From an uncultured virus (IMG/VR IMGVR_UViG_3300025151_000021) (taxonomy: Duplodnaviria; Heunggongvirae; Uroviricota; Caudoviricetes), in IMG/VR virus record IMGVR_UViG_3300025151_000021: DNA of 27,051 bases; one strand, written 5' to 3'. The position numbers were made by a program, and so were the translations under genes. The notes beneath the pieces were generated by a model. It saw only the letters and a list, made by a program, of their open reading frames with translations, searched no databases and was not told the origin of the DNA. This document shows, one piece after another, positions 1 to 9,226 of the stretch. Position 1 is the stretch's first letter, and the number at the start of each line of letters is the position of its first letter.

Positions 1-65
1 TTATGAATAACCATCTCTGCTAATTCAGAGTGTTCTCTACTGTCTATCTTTAGTTTATTCACCAT
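1..65 (-). CDS. N-terminal fragment of a probable ERCC4/XPF-family nuclease (runs off the window)
   Basis: Manual translation from ATG at 65 gives MVNKLKIDSREHSELAEMVIH. IDSRE matches the (V/I)DxRE start motif of ERCC4 domains. Overlaps the end of the primase gene. Confidence 0.55.
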   Translation of the reverse strand, partial: MVNKLKIDSREHSELAEMVIH

Positions 66-1068
66 CGTAATACCTCCAACACTTACCGATGCAGTATCCC
101 TGCGGTATAAGCACGTTAGAACATGAGGGCGCATTATATCCCTTATCTACAATTCCTCTAACGTACTTTGAAGAAGTCCTAGAGTCCCAATCCAACCACA
201 CATCCTCAATACCTGCTATCGATTCCAACTCCTGCATTATGGTAGTATGGATTTGGTCGTTTTGCTCAGGAGAAAGAACTCTTTCCCCCATACTCAACAA
301 ATCCCTGTACCACTGAACTAGATATACTCTAGCATAGTGACTAGGGTTCTCGACCATCACAGCGTTGTGCAAGCATGGAAGTATTGGTAGTTTACCTACA
401 GGAACAGGAATATCAACCTCAACCTCTGAGATTTCTATTGCTTCCATCTCAGGGAAGACTGCTAGTTTACTACCGTTGTTAGATGAGACCTTTCTTGGTT
501 TCTCAGCCATGACTAGGATATCTTCTAGGTCTAACTTCAAGTCATCTACTAACAATGGGATACAGAAGTAGGGATTGCCGTTGGAATCGGAACTACTCAA
601 GTTCATCGAGTTGGGTATTCTTCTTAGCCTATTAGTCTGGATACCCGTTCTATCAAGCGTAGCAACACCATTGCTGATTTTGGAATAATACTGCTGAATG
701 CTTCTGATATCATCTACTGGTTCTCCATAGACAAACACATGGAAACCCTTTCCACTAAAGTACATTTTGAATACAGTGTCGCTTTCAACTAGAGACTGCA
801 CCACCTTTCGTAAATCATCATAGGCGTTTTGCAGTGGCTCGTCATGAGCATCAAAATCTAGAAATGCTCTATCGAGAACAACTGAGTAGTCTAGTTTTAC
901 ACCGTTGTTGAAGTCTTCAAAGTCATAGACTGTCGTATAGCAGTTCATCTTCCCATTGTAGGAATTGAACCAATCTACAAACTCATTCCGATTGTTCACT
1001 ACTCTTCTTTTCATCTGTGGAGCGTTTCTTAGATGACTTCCGGCCCACACTTCTCTTGGCATTTGCAT
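55..1068 (-). CDS. Archaeo-eukaryotic primase: catalytic PriS domain fused to a PriL-like Fe-S C-terminal domain
   Basis: AEP motifs FLDFD, FSGKGFHV and RLRRIPNS. The C-terminal part has PCL...HYARVYLV...YNAPSC...CIGKC, as in the PriL Fe-S domain. Confidence 0.85.
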   Translation of the reverse strand: MQMPREVWAGSHLRNAPQMKRRVVNNRNEFVDWFNSYNGKMNCYTTVYDFEDFNNGVKLDYSVVLDRAFLDFDAHDEPLQNAYDDLRKVVQSLVESDTVFKMYFSGKGFHVFVYGEPVDDIRSIQQYYSKISNGVATLDRTGIQTNRLRRIPNSMNLSSSDSNGNPYFCIPLLVDDLKLDLEDILVMAEKPRKVSSNNGSKLAVFPEMEAIEISEVEVDIPVPVGKLPILPCLHNAVMVENPSHYARVYLVQWYRDLLSMGERVLSPEQNDQIHTTIMQELESIAGIEDVWLDWDSRTSSKYVRGIVDKGYNAPSCSNVLIPQGYCIGKCWRYYDGE

Positions 1069-1357
1069 TTTTATTTACCTCCTTGAAAGAGACCTTTGCC
1101 TCAAGCAATTCCTCTCTTACAACTTCTGCTATTTTTATTCTCAATTCTGACATTATTGTGTTCATGTATATTTGCCCAAAGGGAGTTCTCTCTTCGGCAA
1201 ACACTTCTGTTTCCCATACCATCTTCAACTTATCAGTAGTAGGCATCTTCTTGTAGAGAGCCTCTGCTAAGTTTTCAACGGTCTCAGATACATTTGCTAT
1301 CTCTGAGAAACTCCACACCTTTTGATTTAATTCTTCTTTTACCATTTTATCTATCAT
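983..1357 (-). CDS. Hypothetical protein
   Basis: 124-aa ORF in operon orientation; no recognisable motif. Confidence 0.6.
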   Translation of the reverse strand: MIDKMVKEELNQKVWSFSEIANVSETVENLAEALYKKMPTTDKLKMVWETEVFAEERTPFGQIYMNTIMSELRIKIAEVVREELLEAKVSFKEVNKNANAKRSVGRKSSKKRSTDEKKSSEQSE

Positions 1358-1415
1358 TTTTCTTTCTCCTTTTCTTAAATTTCTCTTTTGCTTTGTAGTA
1401 GTCTTCCCACTTCAT
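1347..1415 (-). CDS. Possible 22-aa basic microprotein (MKWEDYYKAKEKFKKRRKKNDR)
   Basis: Manual translation. TAATG stop/start overlap with the upstream nuclease gene; fills the intergenic gap. Confidence 0.4.
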   Translation of the reverse strand: MKWEDYYKAKEKFKKRRKKNDR

Positions 1416-2296
1416 TAGAACCAACTCTCGGTGTTAGCCGCATCACATATGCCAAAGAAACTACAATTTGAACATGTCTTTGCGAAATACTTGGTTGGGA
1501 ATATGCCTGTCTCATATGAGTGGATAAGTTGTGCTATACCCTTTTTTACTGCTGTTATACTACCCTTCTTGACTTCTTCCACATAGATGTAATTGGCCGC
1601 AGGATAGTACCATCCCCAATGAGAGATAGGAATCTCAGGGTCCAAGCCCCATTCTATCAGTTTTTCATCGGGAGTATTCTCAAACAGAATCTTGTAGAAG
1701 GCCATCTCCTTTCTCATCATAGTTGTCTTCCAATCTTTCCAACCACCAGTCTTCAACTCCATAGGGATGTATCTATCCCCTTCTCTGAACATTCTATCGA
1801 TGATGCCCTGAAGATGAACAGTGTAGTTCTGTTTCAATGGATACTTTGGGTTCTCGTCCTTATTGATTACAATCTTGGCATCTAGCATTATCTCATTGAT
1901 AACTGGTATGAAGTCATCTGTTGTTCCTTCCTGCTTTGACTCTATGAATCTATTAGCCTCAAAGATTGACATGGCCTCGTACATTTCGCTGTAGTCATCA
2001 ATTGGATGTAGTTCCATACAATAGTTGACTAGTTCCTCATAGGACATGTCTTCTGCTTTCTTTACATCGAATTCATTGAAGAAGTCCTCTCTAGCGTTAT
2101 GTATGATACTACCTTTAATCATGACCTCAGTTGTCTCTATTGGCATTCTCTCTTTGTATTGAAATTCATATCTCTTTGGACACCACTGGTAAGAACCAAG
2201 TGATGACTTGGATATCTTCAATATGGGATACTCCTCATCCCCATAGTATTCAGGTTGCCATTGGTATGTATACTCATTTCCACTATTCGGTTTCAT
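1415..2296 (-). CDS. Cas4-like PD-(D/E)xK exonuclease with Fe-S cysteines
   Basis: WCPKRY near the N-terminus, GIIDRM...MELKTG nuclease core, CSNCSFFGIC at the C-terminus. Confidence 0.85.
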   Translation of the reverse strand: MKPNSGNEYTYQWQPEYYGDEEYPILKISKSSLGSYQWCPKRYEFQYKERMPIETTEVMIKGSIIHNAREDFFNEFDVKKAEDMSYEELVNYCMELHPIDDYSEMYEAMSIFEANRFIESKQEGTTDDFIPVINEIMLDAKIVINKDENPKYPLKQNYTVHLQGIIDRMFREGDRYIPMELKTGGWKDWKTTMMRKEMAFYKILFENTPDEKLIEWGLDPEIPISHWGWYYPAANYIYVEEVKKGSITAVKKGIAQLIHSYETGIFPTKYFAKTCSNCSFFGICDAANTESWF

Positions 2297-2639
2297 TCTG
2301 ATTCACCTCTCTTCTACTTAGTATTTCATTTGCCAGTTCTTGCATACAGTCATCACAAGTGCATTTTTTGTCATGTGGTGGCTCTTCAATCATGAAGATT
2401 CTGTCTCCACTGGAATGTTTCTCAATCCTATAACCAATATACTTGTGATTCTCAGGAAACAATTCTGTGACTATTTCCACTTTCTTTGGTTTGCTAACCT
2501 TTGTTATCTCTATCTTTGAGACAACCTCCTCTGCCTTGGGTTTCATCCACTCTCTTAACTTGTTATACGTTTCAACTATTGAGTCTACTCTTCTCTTGTT
2601 GGTCCAAGAAAGACTATTGTAGAAACTTCTCAAAACCAT
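2283..2639 (-). CDS. Hypothetical protein with CxCxxC motif
   Basis: 118-aa ORF overlapping both neighbours; H...CTCDDC. Confidence 0.55.
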   Translation of the reverse strand: MVLRSFYNSLSWTNKRRVDSIVETYNKLREWMKPKAEEVVSKIEITKVSKPKKVEIVTELFPENHKYIGYRIEKHSSGDRIFMIEEPPHDKKCTCDDCMQELANEILSRREVNQNETE

Positions 2640-3511
2640 TCCTCCAACGAACTCTGCTTATTATCAGCAGTTATCTTTCTTGCATCCCAACCCATAGCAC
2701 GATAAATCGGTTCTGCTTTTTTAACCACAGACTCAGCGTAGTGGGACCAGTCAGGGTCATAGTCATAGAAGTCTTCTTCTACAAGTAGTGAGACATATGT
2801 TGCCTTCACATCCATACCAGTGATAGGATTGAAGAAGGTCTTGTTCGACTTAATCTTTAGATACAGATATGTATCATTAATCTCTTCATACCCATTTGCT
2901 TGACTAAACAATACACCGGCAATACCTGAACCAATCGTAGGTCTCTTGCCTTCAAGAGTTGTGAAGTTTCTTGTTGTAGCAGTACAACACGGTGTTTCAA
3001 TCAATGTGAATAGGTTATTCTTTCTAAAGCAGTTCTTACATTCTACCTGAAATCTATTCTCTCTGTATCTACTTCTTTGAAGTATATCAGACAACGGAAT
3101 ATCGCCGTTCATCACAGAATTATACTTGTTATTGAGAAAACCAGTAACTTCTTCCTCAGTTTTTCCCTCAACCCACATATTTAGTACATTCAATTGCACA
3201 TCTTTGGCTAATTGAGTTTGTGAAACCCTCTTCGCAGTGAAACCAGTCATGACAAACTCAGGCTCGTCTAGGAAAACACCATCTTTCCATGTAATTAGTC
3301 CCGCATTCCTGTTTTTTGTTGCTCCAACACCTAAACTCTTGAAGTATTTCTCAAATTCTAGTGTTACAGGATGCTCTTCTAGTCCCATAACGTTAGGAAA
3401 CGACTTTCTAACGTGTTCATTGAGGATTTTTAGTGTTTCTTTAGCAGTTTCGATGCTATCATCTTCAATATCAACGTAAATTGAATCAGTATGCCCGTAA
3501 ACTACCTTCAT
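2630..3511 (-). CDS. polB: Family B DNA polymerase, C-terminal half (motif C, thumb, PIP box)
   Basis: YGHTDSIYV (motif C variant), LEFEK, KNRNAG, and C-terminal PIP box QSSLEEWF. Start placed at ATG 3511 because it follows GGGGG and makes an ATGA overlap with the upstream small ORF; the ORF track gives 3517. Confidence 0.9.
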   Translation of the reverse strand: MKVVYGHTDSIYVDIEDDSIETAKETLKILNEHVRKSFPNVMGLEEHPVTLEFEKYFKSLGVGATKNRNAGLITWKDGVFLDEPEFVMTGFTAKRVSQTQLAKDVQLNVLNMWVEGKTEEEVTGFLNNKYNSVMNGDIPLSDILQRSRYRENRFQVECKNCFRKNNLFTLIETPCCTATTRNFTTLEGKRPTIGSGIAGVLFSQANGYEEINDTYLYLKIKSNKTFFNPITGMDVKATYVSLLVEEDFYDYDPDWSHYAESVVKKAEPIYRAMGWDARKITADNKQSSLEEWF

Positions 3512-3612
3512 ACACATCCCCCAACTAAATTAAACGTATTATTTACGAAAGCAACAGTGCCTGTGACATAAAATGACACTCTAGAGTAGAATATCGTGTC
3601 TTTCCTGTTCAT
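3508..3612 (-). CDS. 34-aa microprotein between the polB halves (MNRKDTIFYSRVSFYVTGTVAFVNNTFNLVGGCV)
   Basis: Manual translation; ATGA overlaps at both ends. Confidence 0.5.
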   Translation of the reverse strand: MNRKDTIFYSRVSFYVTGTVAFVNNTFNLVGGCV

Positions 3613-3815
3613 AATACATTCACATCCTGTAAAAGAGAAAATAAACCATAGAGAAAGATACTAACAAACAATATTCTTGATGTTGTTCTTGAAAAGAGTC
3701 TAGCATCTTTAAAAATCTGACTCCATGCTTGTTTTCTTAACTCTGACTCTGATTTCTTATCTTTCTCCTCTGCCTGTGTTGTATTGAAATCAATATTAGC
3801 ACTTTTTATTGGCAT
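3609..3815 (-). CDS. Small predicted membrane protein between the polB halves
   Basis: 68 aa with a hydrophobic C-terminal stretch ILFVSIFLYGLFSLL; start overlaps the polB-N stop. Confidence 0.6.
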   Translation of the reverse strand: MPIKSANIDFNTTQAEEKDKKSESELRKQAWSQIFKDARLFSRTTSRILFVSIFLYGLFSLLQDVNVL

Positions 3816-5476
3816 TATAGTTCCCTCACTTTGAATGCAGCAGTTCTGATTGCTTCTCTAGCACTAGCAGTAATACTAGCGGCCAAATCAACATCGGCCC
3901 AACCGAATCCCTGATATGCTACAATACCATAGAAAGAAGCCATCAACCTCTTAACAGCAAGTTGGTTGTTGTTCCATTTGACATATTCACTTTTACTTTC
4001 ACTTTCTTTCATTTTTACTTTGTATTCGTTTCTTAGGTTCTTCAACTCTAGAACTGCTTTTGGCAGAAGACCTAGTTTATCTGTCTTGTAATATTTCATT
4101 TCATAGCCGTTTACTTCTGAGAAATCTTTTGGGGTTCTGATATTTACACCAAATTCAGTTGGTGTGTCTGACTTCGTTTCCCAAGAGATATTCCTAGCAA
4201 TCATCATCGATGGATACAGACCTGCGAAGTCAAACGCTGCAACACCCAAATGAAGCCCATTTGTAGCCTCACTGAGAGGGTCGTAGACCATCGCACCATC
4301 ATAGTCCACCCTGTCACCCTTACGTCCTGTAGGAGCCTTCCATGAGGCATTTCTCATGAAGTATATTCCACCCATGTTTGACGCATAGAAACAGGCATCG
4401 AAGGGTGCAATCAGCAAACGCTGTAAAGAGATGATTGCCTCCGTTGTATGGTTCTCGTCGTCTATTCTCTTGATTAACTCTACATCTTTGACAGCATACT
4501 CAAGATAAGTTTCTGTGTCTTCCTGCCATCCTCTACGAAAGAACTCGTTCTTATCAGGGAACTTGCTACTGACTAACTTCTTCTCGCCAAGTACGCTTTC
4601 AGATACATAGTCAAGAGAAAGAGATGGTAGTGTACCACGTTGCGCATCATTCCATTGTCTTTCAAATGCTAGGTCTAGTGGTACGCATATTCTACCTTTG
4701 ATTGGTTGAGCAATCGGAGAGTAATTTTCTACACGTTTAGTTTGCACTATTACACTAGAATCCTTTATGCTCCATTTGACACCATCAACTTCCATCACAG
4801 GAGATAACAATCTAGGGTCTAGGTCATTTGCATGTAGTCTCTCAATCAACTTAGGTAGGTCGAACTTCCAACCAAACCAAGAGATTAGCATATCAGGGTC
4901 TTTCTCAAACAACAATATCAAGAACTTCTCTAGTGTGGTCCTCTCTGTCTCATCAGAATCAGGTTGCCATGTCAAAGTGTGATACTCATCATCATAGTTG
5001 TCATAAACAACAATAGCGGTAATAGCACCATCATGCTCACCACCTTGCATCCACTCCATATCCCAATACCACTTACGCAAGTTATACTCAGGAATAGTAT
5101 CTAGCATATCAACAGCGTATCTGTAATGGTACTGGACATCTGCTTCATATGTTCTATCTCCTCTGTTATGAAAGTAAGACTTTACCTTCTTGGTGTATTT
5201 ACTATGACAAGGAGACCATGTGACTTTGACTAGTTCCTTACCCTCAAGACTCAGGTAATCTCCTTCTTCATAAGATAGGTCCATACGGAAACTCGTATTC
5301 TTGTTCCCCCAATTTTCTTTGAGATAGACAGTCTCACCATCTAGTTTAACTAGCCTTGAGTTCTTCTCAACGAAGAAGTGTGGCTTGAAGTCATTGAAGG
5401 TGATAATCTCCTCCTCTCTCTCACCACCTTCTCTCCAACGAAGAAGTATGCCCTTTTCCGTATTCGTTATTATCAT
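3815..5476 (-). CDS. polB: Family B DNA polymerase, N-terminal half (3'-5' exonuclease, motifs A and B)
   Basis: ExoI WDMEW, ExoII WKFDLPKL, ExoIII YAVKDV, motif A FDFAGLYPSMM, motif B KRLMASFYG. Confidence 0.92.
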   Translation of the reverse strand: MIITNTEKGILLRWREGGEREEEIITFNDFKPHFFVEKNSRLVKLDGETVYLKENWGNKNTSFRMDLSYEEGDYLSLEGKELVKVTWSPCHSKYTKKVKSYFHNRGDRTYEADVQYHYRYAVDMLDTIPEYNLRKWYWDMEWMQGGEHDGAITAIVVYDNYDDEYHTLTWQPDSDETERTTLEKFLILLFEKDPDMLISWFGWKFDLPKLIERLHANDLDPRLLSPVMEVDGVKWSIKDSSVIVQTKRVENYSPIAQPIKGRICVPLDLAFERQWNDAQRGTLPSLSLDYVSESVLGEKKLVSSKFPDKNEFFRRGWQEDTETYLEYAVKDVELIKRIDDENHTTEAIISLQRLLIAPFDACFYASNMGGIYFMRNASWKAPTGRKGDRVDYDGAMVYDPLSEATNGLHLGVAAFDFAGLYPSMMIARNISWETKSDTPTEFGVNIRTPKDFSEVNGYEMKYYKTDKLGLLPKAVLELKNLRNEYKVKMKESESKSEYVKWNNNQLAVKRLMASFYGIVAYQGFGWADVDLAASITASAREAIRTAAFKVREL

Positions 5477-5847
5477 TTATTTCTTCTCCTTTTCTTAGTT
5501 CTCTGCCAATTGGGTTTCTTGCTCCTTGCATCTTCAAATGATTTAGGGATTGTTCTAGTATAGTGCTTCTTATTTCTTTCTTTCATCGAGGGGTAATCAG
5601 GGTCTTTTCTTTTTTCCTGTTCTTCCCAATATTCCTTATTTTCAGCAGTCTTTCTTTCTTGTTTCTTCTTAAGTTCTTCATCCTTTTCTTTACTACCGTC
5701 GTAATATTTTATTACGGCCTTGGCCTCATGTCTTGTTAACCTAGATGGACTACAACTAGGACAGTAGTTTGCCGTATCTTTGGTAGACCATTTCTTGAAT
5801 TGTTTGTCACATGCCTTACACTGTCTATATCCAGCAGGTATAGTCAT
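5473..5847 (-). CDS. Basic Zn-finger protein
   Basis: CKAC...CPSC; Lys/Arg-rich tail; SD AGGTGA upstream. Confidence 0.6.
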   Translation of the reverse strand: MTIPAGYRQCKACDKQFKKWSTKDTANYCPSCSPSRLTRHEAKAVIKYYDGSKEKDEELKKKQERKTAENKEYWEEQEKRKDPDYPSMKERNKKHYTRTIPKSFEDARSKKPNWQRTKKRRRNK

Positions 5848-5854
5848 CTTACAA

Positions 5855-6616
5855 TCACCTTGCTAAGTATGGTGCTTTTACCAGTATTCTACCTAATCCT
5901 TCCCATACCACAGGAGACTCATCCTTCAGATGAATCCTAACAGGAGTATTGGCTCTGAAGAACTTGTGAAACTGTCCCGTCACTTCTACAGTGCTTGACT
6001 CACCTTTGACATCAGTAAAACCAACAGATGTCTCTATTCTATCTGTAGGACTTCTCTCACTGCTTATCATGAAAGTATTGTCTTCAACATTGACATCAAA
6101 GCGATACCTAGCATTGTTGAGTACATCACATCTCTTTACCGCATCAGTTAGATTATCTGATGTAGTTATAATGGATGTCTCAAACTGAACCTTGCTGAAC
6201 CTTGGGTTATCCTCATCAATCTCGTATCCCTGTATTCTAGCAATCATAGATGCATTGGGATGGGAGACGACTAGTGGTAGAGATGCAGTGCTACTGTCAT
6301 CTGAAACCTTGATGTAACTGCCAATATCTAATGTGACAGTATCACTGAATGTCTTCAGATACTTCAAGGTCTTATCAATCTCAATAGTCACTAATGGTCT
6401 CTCATCGCCTTCTGCCTCTATGATAGGAATCCTGATGCTACAGATAGTAGTCATATCAGCGTTGTACGCTGTCAGAGTATTGTCATCATGTAATTCAAGC
6501 ATTGCATAATTAGACAGTTGGCTGTTCTTTGCCGTGTCACCATTATGGTACTTTCCTTTCATTTGAATGTCCTCTAGGACATTACACATTGCTTTGGTGT
6601 TCATTTTTATTTTCAT
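5855..6616 (-). CDS. pcn: PCNA-like sliding clamp
   Basis: About 250 aa with the clamp beta/alpha pattern, IHLKDESPVV...ILVKAP C-terminus; sits beside polB and RFC. Confidence 0.75.
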   Translation of the reverse strand: MKIKMNTKAMCNVLEDIQMKGKYHNGDTAKNSQLSNYAMLELHDDNTLTAYNADMTTICSIRIPIIEAEGDERPLVTIEIDKTLKYLKTFSDTVTLDIGSYIKVSDDSSTASLPLVVSHPNASMIARIQGYEIDEDNPRFSKVQFETSIITTSDNLTDAVKRCDVLNNARYRFDVNVEDNTFMISSERSPTDRIETSVGFTDVKGESSTVEVTGQFHKFFRANTPVRIHLKDESPVVWEGLGRILVKAPYLAR

Positions 6617-6629
6617 ATTTATTCCTCAT

Positions 6630-7505
6630 TCAAAGTTCACCTGCTTTAATCTCAGGGAAACCGTTCCAATCTACCTTGCCATCTTCGATAGTCAAGACCT
6701 TCAATCTCTTACCAATCATCTCAGGCTTCCTAGCACTTGCCTCTACCATAGCAGTGAAGGTTGCACCATTCTTCCTGATGTCTCTAGATGTTCTAACAGT
6801 CGAAGTGAAGATGTCCTCTGTGCTTGAATGCCAGTTAGCCTCTACACCTATTGGGTTAGGATTACCTGCATACTTGTCTTTGGAATGCGCTATCACAATT
6901 CTATGACAAGGCATCTCTAGAATTTGCTTGTGCAGGAAGTTCTTGTAAGGAGTGTTTCTATCTCCCCAAACGTAAGGTGCTGCTTTCATTACTGTATCAG
7001 CATCAAGTCCATGCTTGTTTCTCATGTATGTCTCACAGACATCCGTTAGAAGTTTATCAGCACCGTCAACTATGACAGCCTTCAATTTTCCTTCTTCAAG
7101 ATACTCTAGTGCCATCTGATAGAAAGCCCTAGCATTGTTCATCGTTTCATCGAAGTCTACTAGACTTCCATCTTCTCTGACAATAGGATTGTACACTACA
7201 AGGTTCTCTACGTTACCATAGTGGTTTCTCTTTACGTCTATTGCTCTGTTATCAAAGTCAAACACTAGAACTTTCATATCGTTCTTGATGTCTTCTTCTG
7301 TGAGTAAGTCCAATGCTATTGCGGATTTGGCAGACTTGGGTTCTCCCCAAATGCCAAGACATAGGAAAGACTTGTTGTTCTCCTGTGTCTCCTTAATCCG
7401 CTTGAGCATGGCCTCCTTTCGGAGAGCATACTTGCCCTTCTCAGATTCTTTCGTCTTTACTGCTTTTGTTTTATCGTTGTTTGTCCAACTCATATCTATC
7501 ACCAT
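6630..7505 (-). CDS. RecA-fold ATPase (Sak4/AAA_24-like recombinase)
   Basis: Walker A variant GEPKSAKS, VFDFD, Walker B VIVDG, RIVIAH; near an SSB-like gene. Confidence 0.75.
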   Translation of the reverse strand: MVIDMSWTNNDKTKAVKTKESEKGKYALRKEAMLKRIKETQENNKSFLCLGIWGEPKSAKSAIALDLLTEEDIKNDMKVLVFDFDNRAIDVKRNHYGNVENLVVYNPIVREDGSLVDFDETMNNARAFYQMALEYLEEGKLKAVIVDGADKLLTDVCETYMRNKHGLDADTVMKAAPYVWGDRNTPYKNFLHKQILEMPCHRIVIAHSKDKYAGNPNPIGVEANWHSSTEDIFTSTVRTSRDIRKNGATFTAMVEASARKPEMIGKRLKVLTIEDGKVDWNGFPEIKAGEL

Positions 7506-7761
7506 TCTTATAATTATCAGGGTTGAATGTAATCCCTTTCCATTTCATTAGTATTTCATTTACGTCATCAAGTCTTAGTTTCAGTCTTACTTCCTTAGAT
7601 TCAAAGTGAAACTTCATCCAATAGTGACTTGTCTCAGGATTGTACTTCCAAGTTAGGAAGTCTACGTTATCCATAGGAAAAGCGAAACTCCTCCCATGAA
7701 TAACGAGACCCCCGTTGGAATCAGTAATCATACTGTATTCCATTATGAACACCTCAGTCAA
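7471..7761 (-). CDS. Hypothetical protein
   Basis: ORF in operon orientation, overlapping both neighbours. Confidence 0.6.
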   Translation of the reverse strand: MTEVFIMEYSMITDSNGGLVIHGRSFAFPMDNVDFLTWKYNPETSHYWMKFHFESKEVRLKLRLDDVNEILMKWKGITFNPDNYKNGDRYELDKQR

Positions 7762-8971
7762 AGAACCAGTCTTCGTTCTCTTCGACTACGGCTATCTGCT
7801 CAGGACTTCCTCCCCTGTTGTCCAAGACGTATATCCCTGAAACGTTGATGCTTGTAGGGTTATCAGCAGATTGTGATGTTCTGCCTACTACTATTATCGT
7901 AGAGCCTATACCGAAGTCAATCTGTATGTTCTCAGGAATCCAGCAGGTTGTACCACTGAACCCATCTCCGTCCCAATCAATCTCGGTGTTGAAATCATCA
8001 AGATTGACGATTCTGTTACCATTTGCAGTTGGGTTCATGTTGATGCTTGTCACACTGCCATCAGTAATTACGAACCTATCAGAGTAAGGCTTCGACATTG
8101 CATTCGAGTGATACCTGTCAATCTCAACCAAGTGACATGTATTATTGCCACAATACTCTGCTAGTGTGTCTTCTATCTTTATCTGAGATACATCTCTGTA
8201 TGACTCAGAATCAGTTGGTAGGTCACTGTTGTAAACCAACGAGGTTAGCGTAGTGTCTGTTCCACCACTTATTGCACCTGCTCTGAACGAGTTTGGTATG
8301 CAACTGAAGTGAACAAACTCAAACGTCTTTGGCTCAAACATGACACAGGACTCTCCTTTGTAGGAGAAGTCCCACTTGCCCATCTGTCCATCTACTTCAC
8401 CAATGAACACACCACTTCTTCGGTATTCCTCCTTTGGTAGTGGCTTGCCATAGTTCTTGTTCCAGTCACCTTCTCTTGTATCTAGTGGAACGATATACTT
8501 CCCACTATCAACCTCTACGTTGTTCTCAGGTAGTTTGCTCATGTGCTTGACTACCTCTTCACCACTTCTCATCATTCTCGCTTCGTATCCATCACCATCT
8601 TCCATGAAAATAGCAACTCTTCCCAAATTGTATGTCATGTCACTGTCACGAATATACTCGTTTGTCATTCTGTCACGGTTCATTGCACCCATGTCTCTTG
8701 CTTCATTCATTGAGATGAAGAAACCAAATGCAGACTTGAATAGACCACCATCATTGCTGGTCTGTTGTTGTGAGCCTTGTCGCTTCATAGCGGCTCGGCT
8801 GTTAACATAGAATGCCTTCCAAAGACCCCTTGCTAGTTGGGGTTCTTCTTCAACATTGACGCTGTTCTTGGAACATATCTCCTCGAACTTCGCCATAGCA
8901 TCCTCTAGGCTCATGCCTAGTATTTCTGCGGCTTTTTCAATATCATTTCTTATTTCATCATTCATTTTCAT
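7754..8971 (-). CDS. Probable RPA/SSB-like OB-fold ssDNA-binding protein
   Basis: OB-like C-terminal region (GSVTSI...RIVNLDD...TTCWIP...GSTIIVVGRT), acidic/aromatic tail EENEDWFFD, replication context. Confidence 0.6.
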   Translation of the reverse strand: MKMNDEIRNDIEKAAEILGMSLEDAMAKFEEICSKNSVNVEEEPQLARGLWKAFYVNSRAAMKRQGSQQQTSNDGGLFKSAFGFFISMNEARDMGAMNRDRMTNEYIRDSDMTYNLGRVAIFMEDGDGYEARMMRSGEEVVKHMSKLPENNVEVDSGKYIVPLDTREGDWNKNYGKPLPKEEYRRSGVFIGEVDGQMGKWDFSYKGESCVMFEPKTFEFVHFSCIPNSFRAGAISGGTDTTLTSLVYNSDLPTDSESYRDVSQIKIEDTLAEYCGNNTCHLVEIDRYHSNAMSKPYSDRFVITDGSVTSINMNPTANGNRIVNLDDFNTEIDWDGDGFSGTTCWIPENIQIDFGIGSTIIVVGRTSQSADNPTSINVSGIYVLDNRGGSPEQIAVVEENEDWFFD

Positions 8972-9218
8972 TTTCCTCCTTTGTTTTCATTCTTTTTCTT
9001 TCATGTCTTATTTCCACTAGTCCTTCTGTCAGCATGACTATGCCACACAATATCCAAAAGAAATTGGAATCTACGCTGATGTAACCTAGCGTATTTAGTA
9101 CAGGTAGCACAATCAGCAATGCGCCACCTAACGCTATTATCTCATACCGGAGTAGTAGATGTTTGATATCTTCAATATCCACTACACCGTCTTTGTTCAA
9201 ATCCATTTTCATATTCAT
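8958..9218 (-). CDS. Small two-TM membrane protein with an N-terminal EF-hand/dockerin-like loop
   Basis: DLNKDGVVDIED followed by two hydrophobic segments. Confidence 0.65.
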   Translation of the reverse strand: MNMKMDLNKDGVVDIEDIKHLLLRYEIIALGGALLIVLPVLNTLGYISVDSNFFWILCGIVMLTEGLVEIRHERKRMKTKEENENE

Positions 9219-9226
9219 ACCTCATT

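Noticed and set aside
1415..2296. CRISPR-Cas system suggested by the Cas4-like gene
   Set aside because: No repeat-spacer array or other cas genes; solo Cas4-like nucleases are common in archaeal viruses.
3508..3530. The 34-aa ORF ends LVGGCV, resembling the Ubl GG-C tail
   Set aside because: Too short for a beta-grasp fold; the Gly codons are explained by the overlapping GGGGG SD of polB-C.
3512..3814. Split intein or group I intron in polB
   Set aside because: No intein C/S start or HN-C/S/T end; the gap is filled by coupled ORFs and shows no evident intron core.
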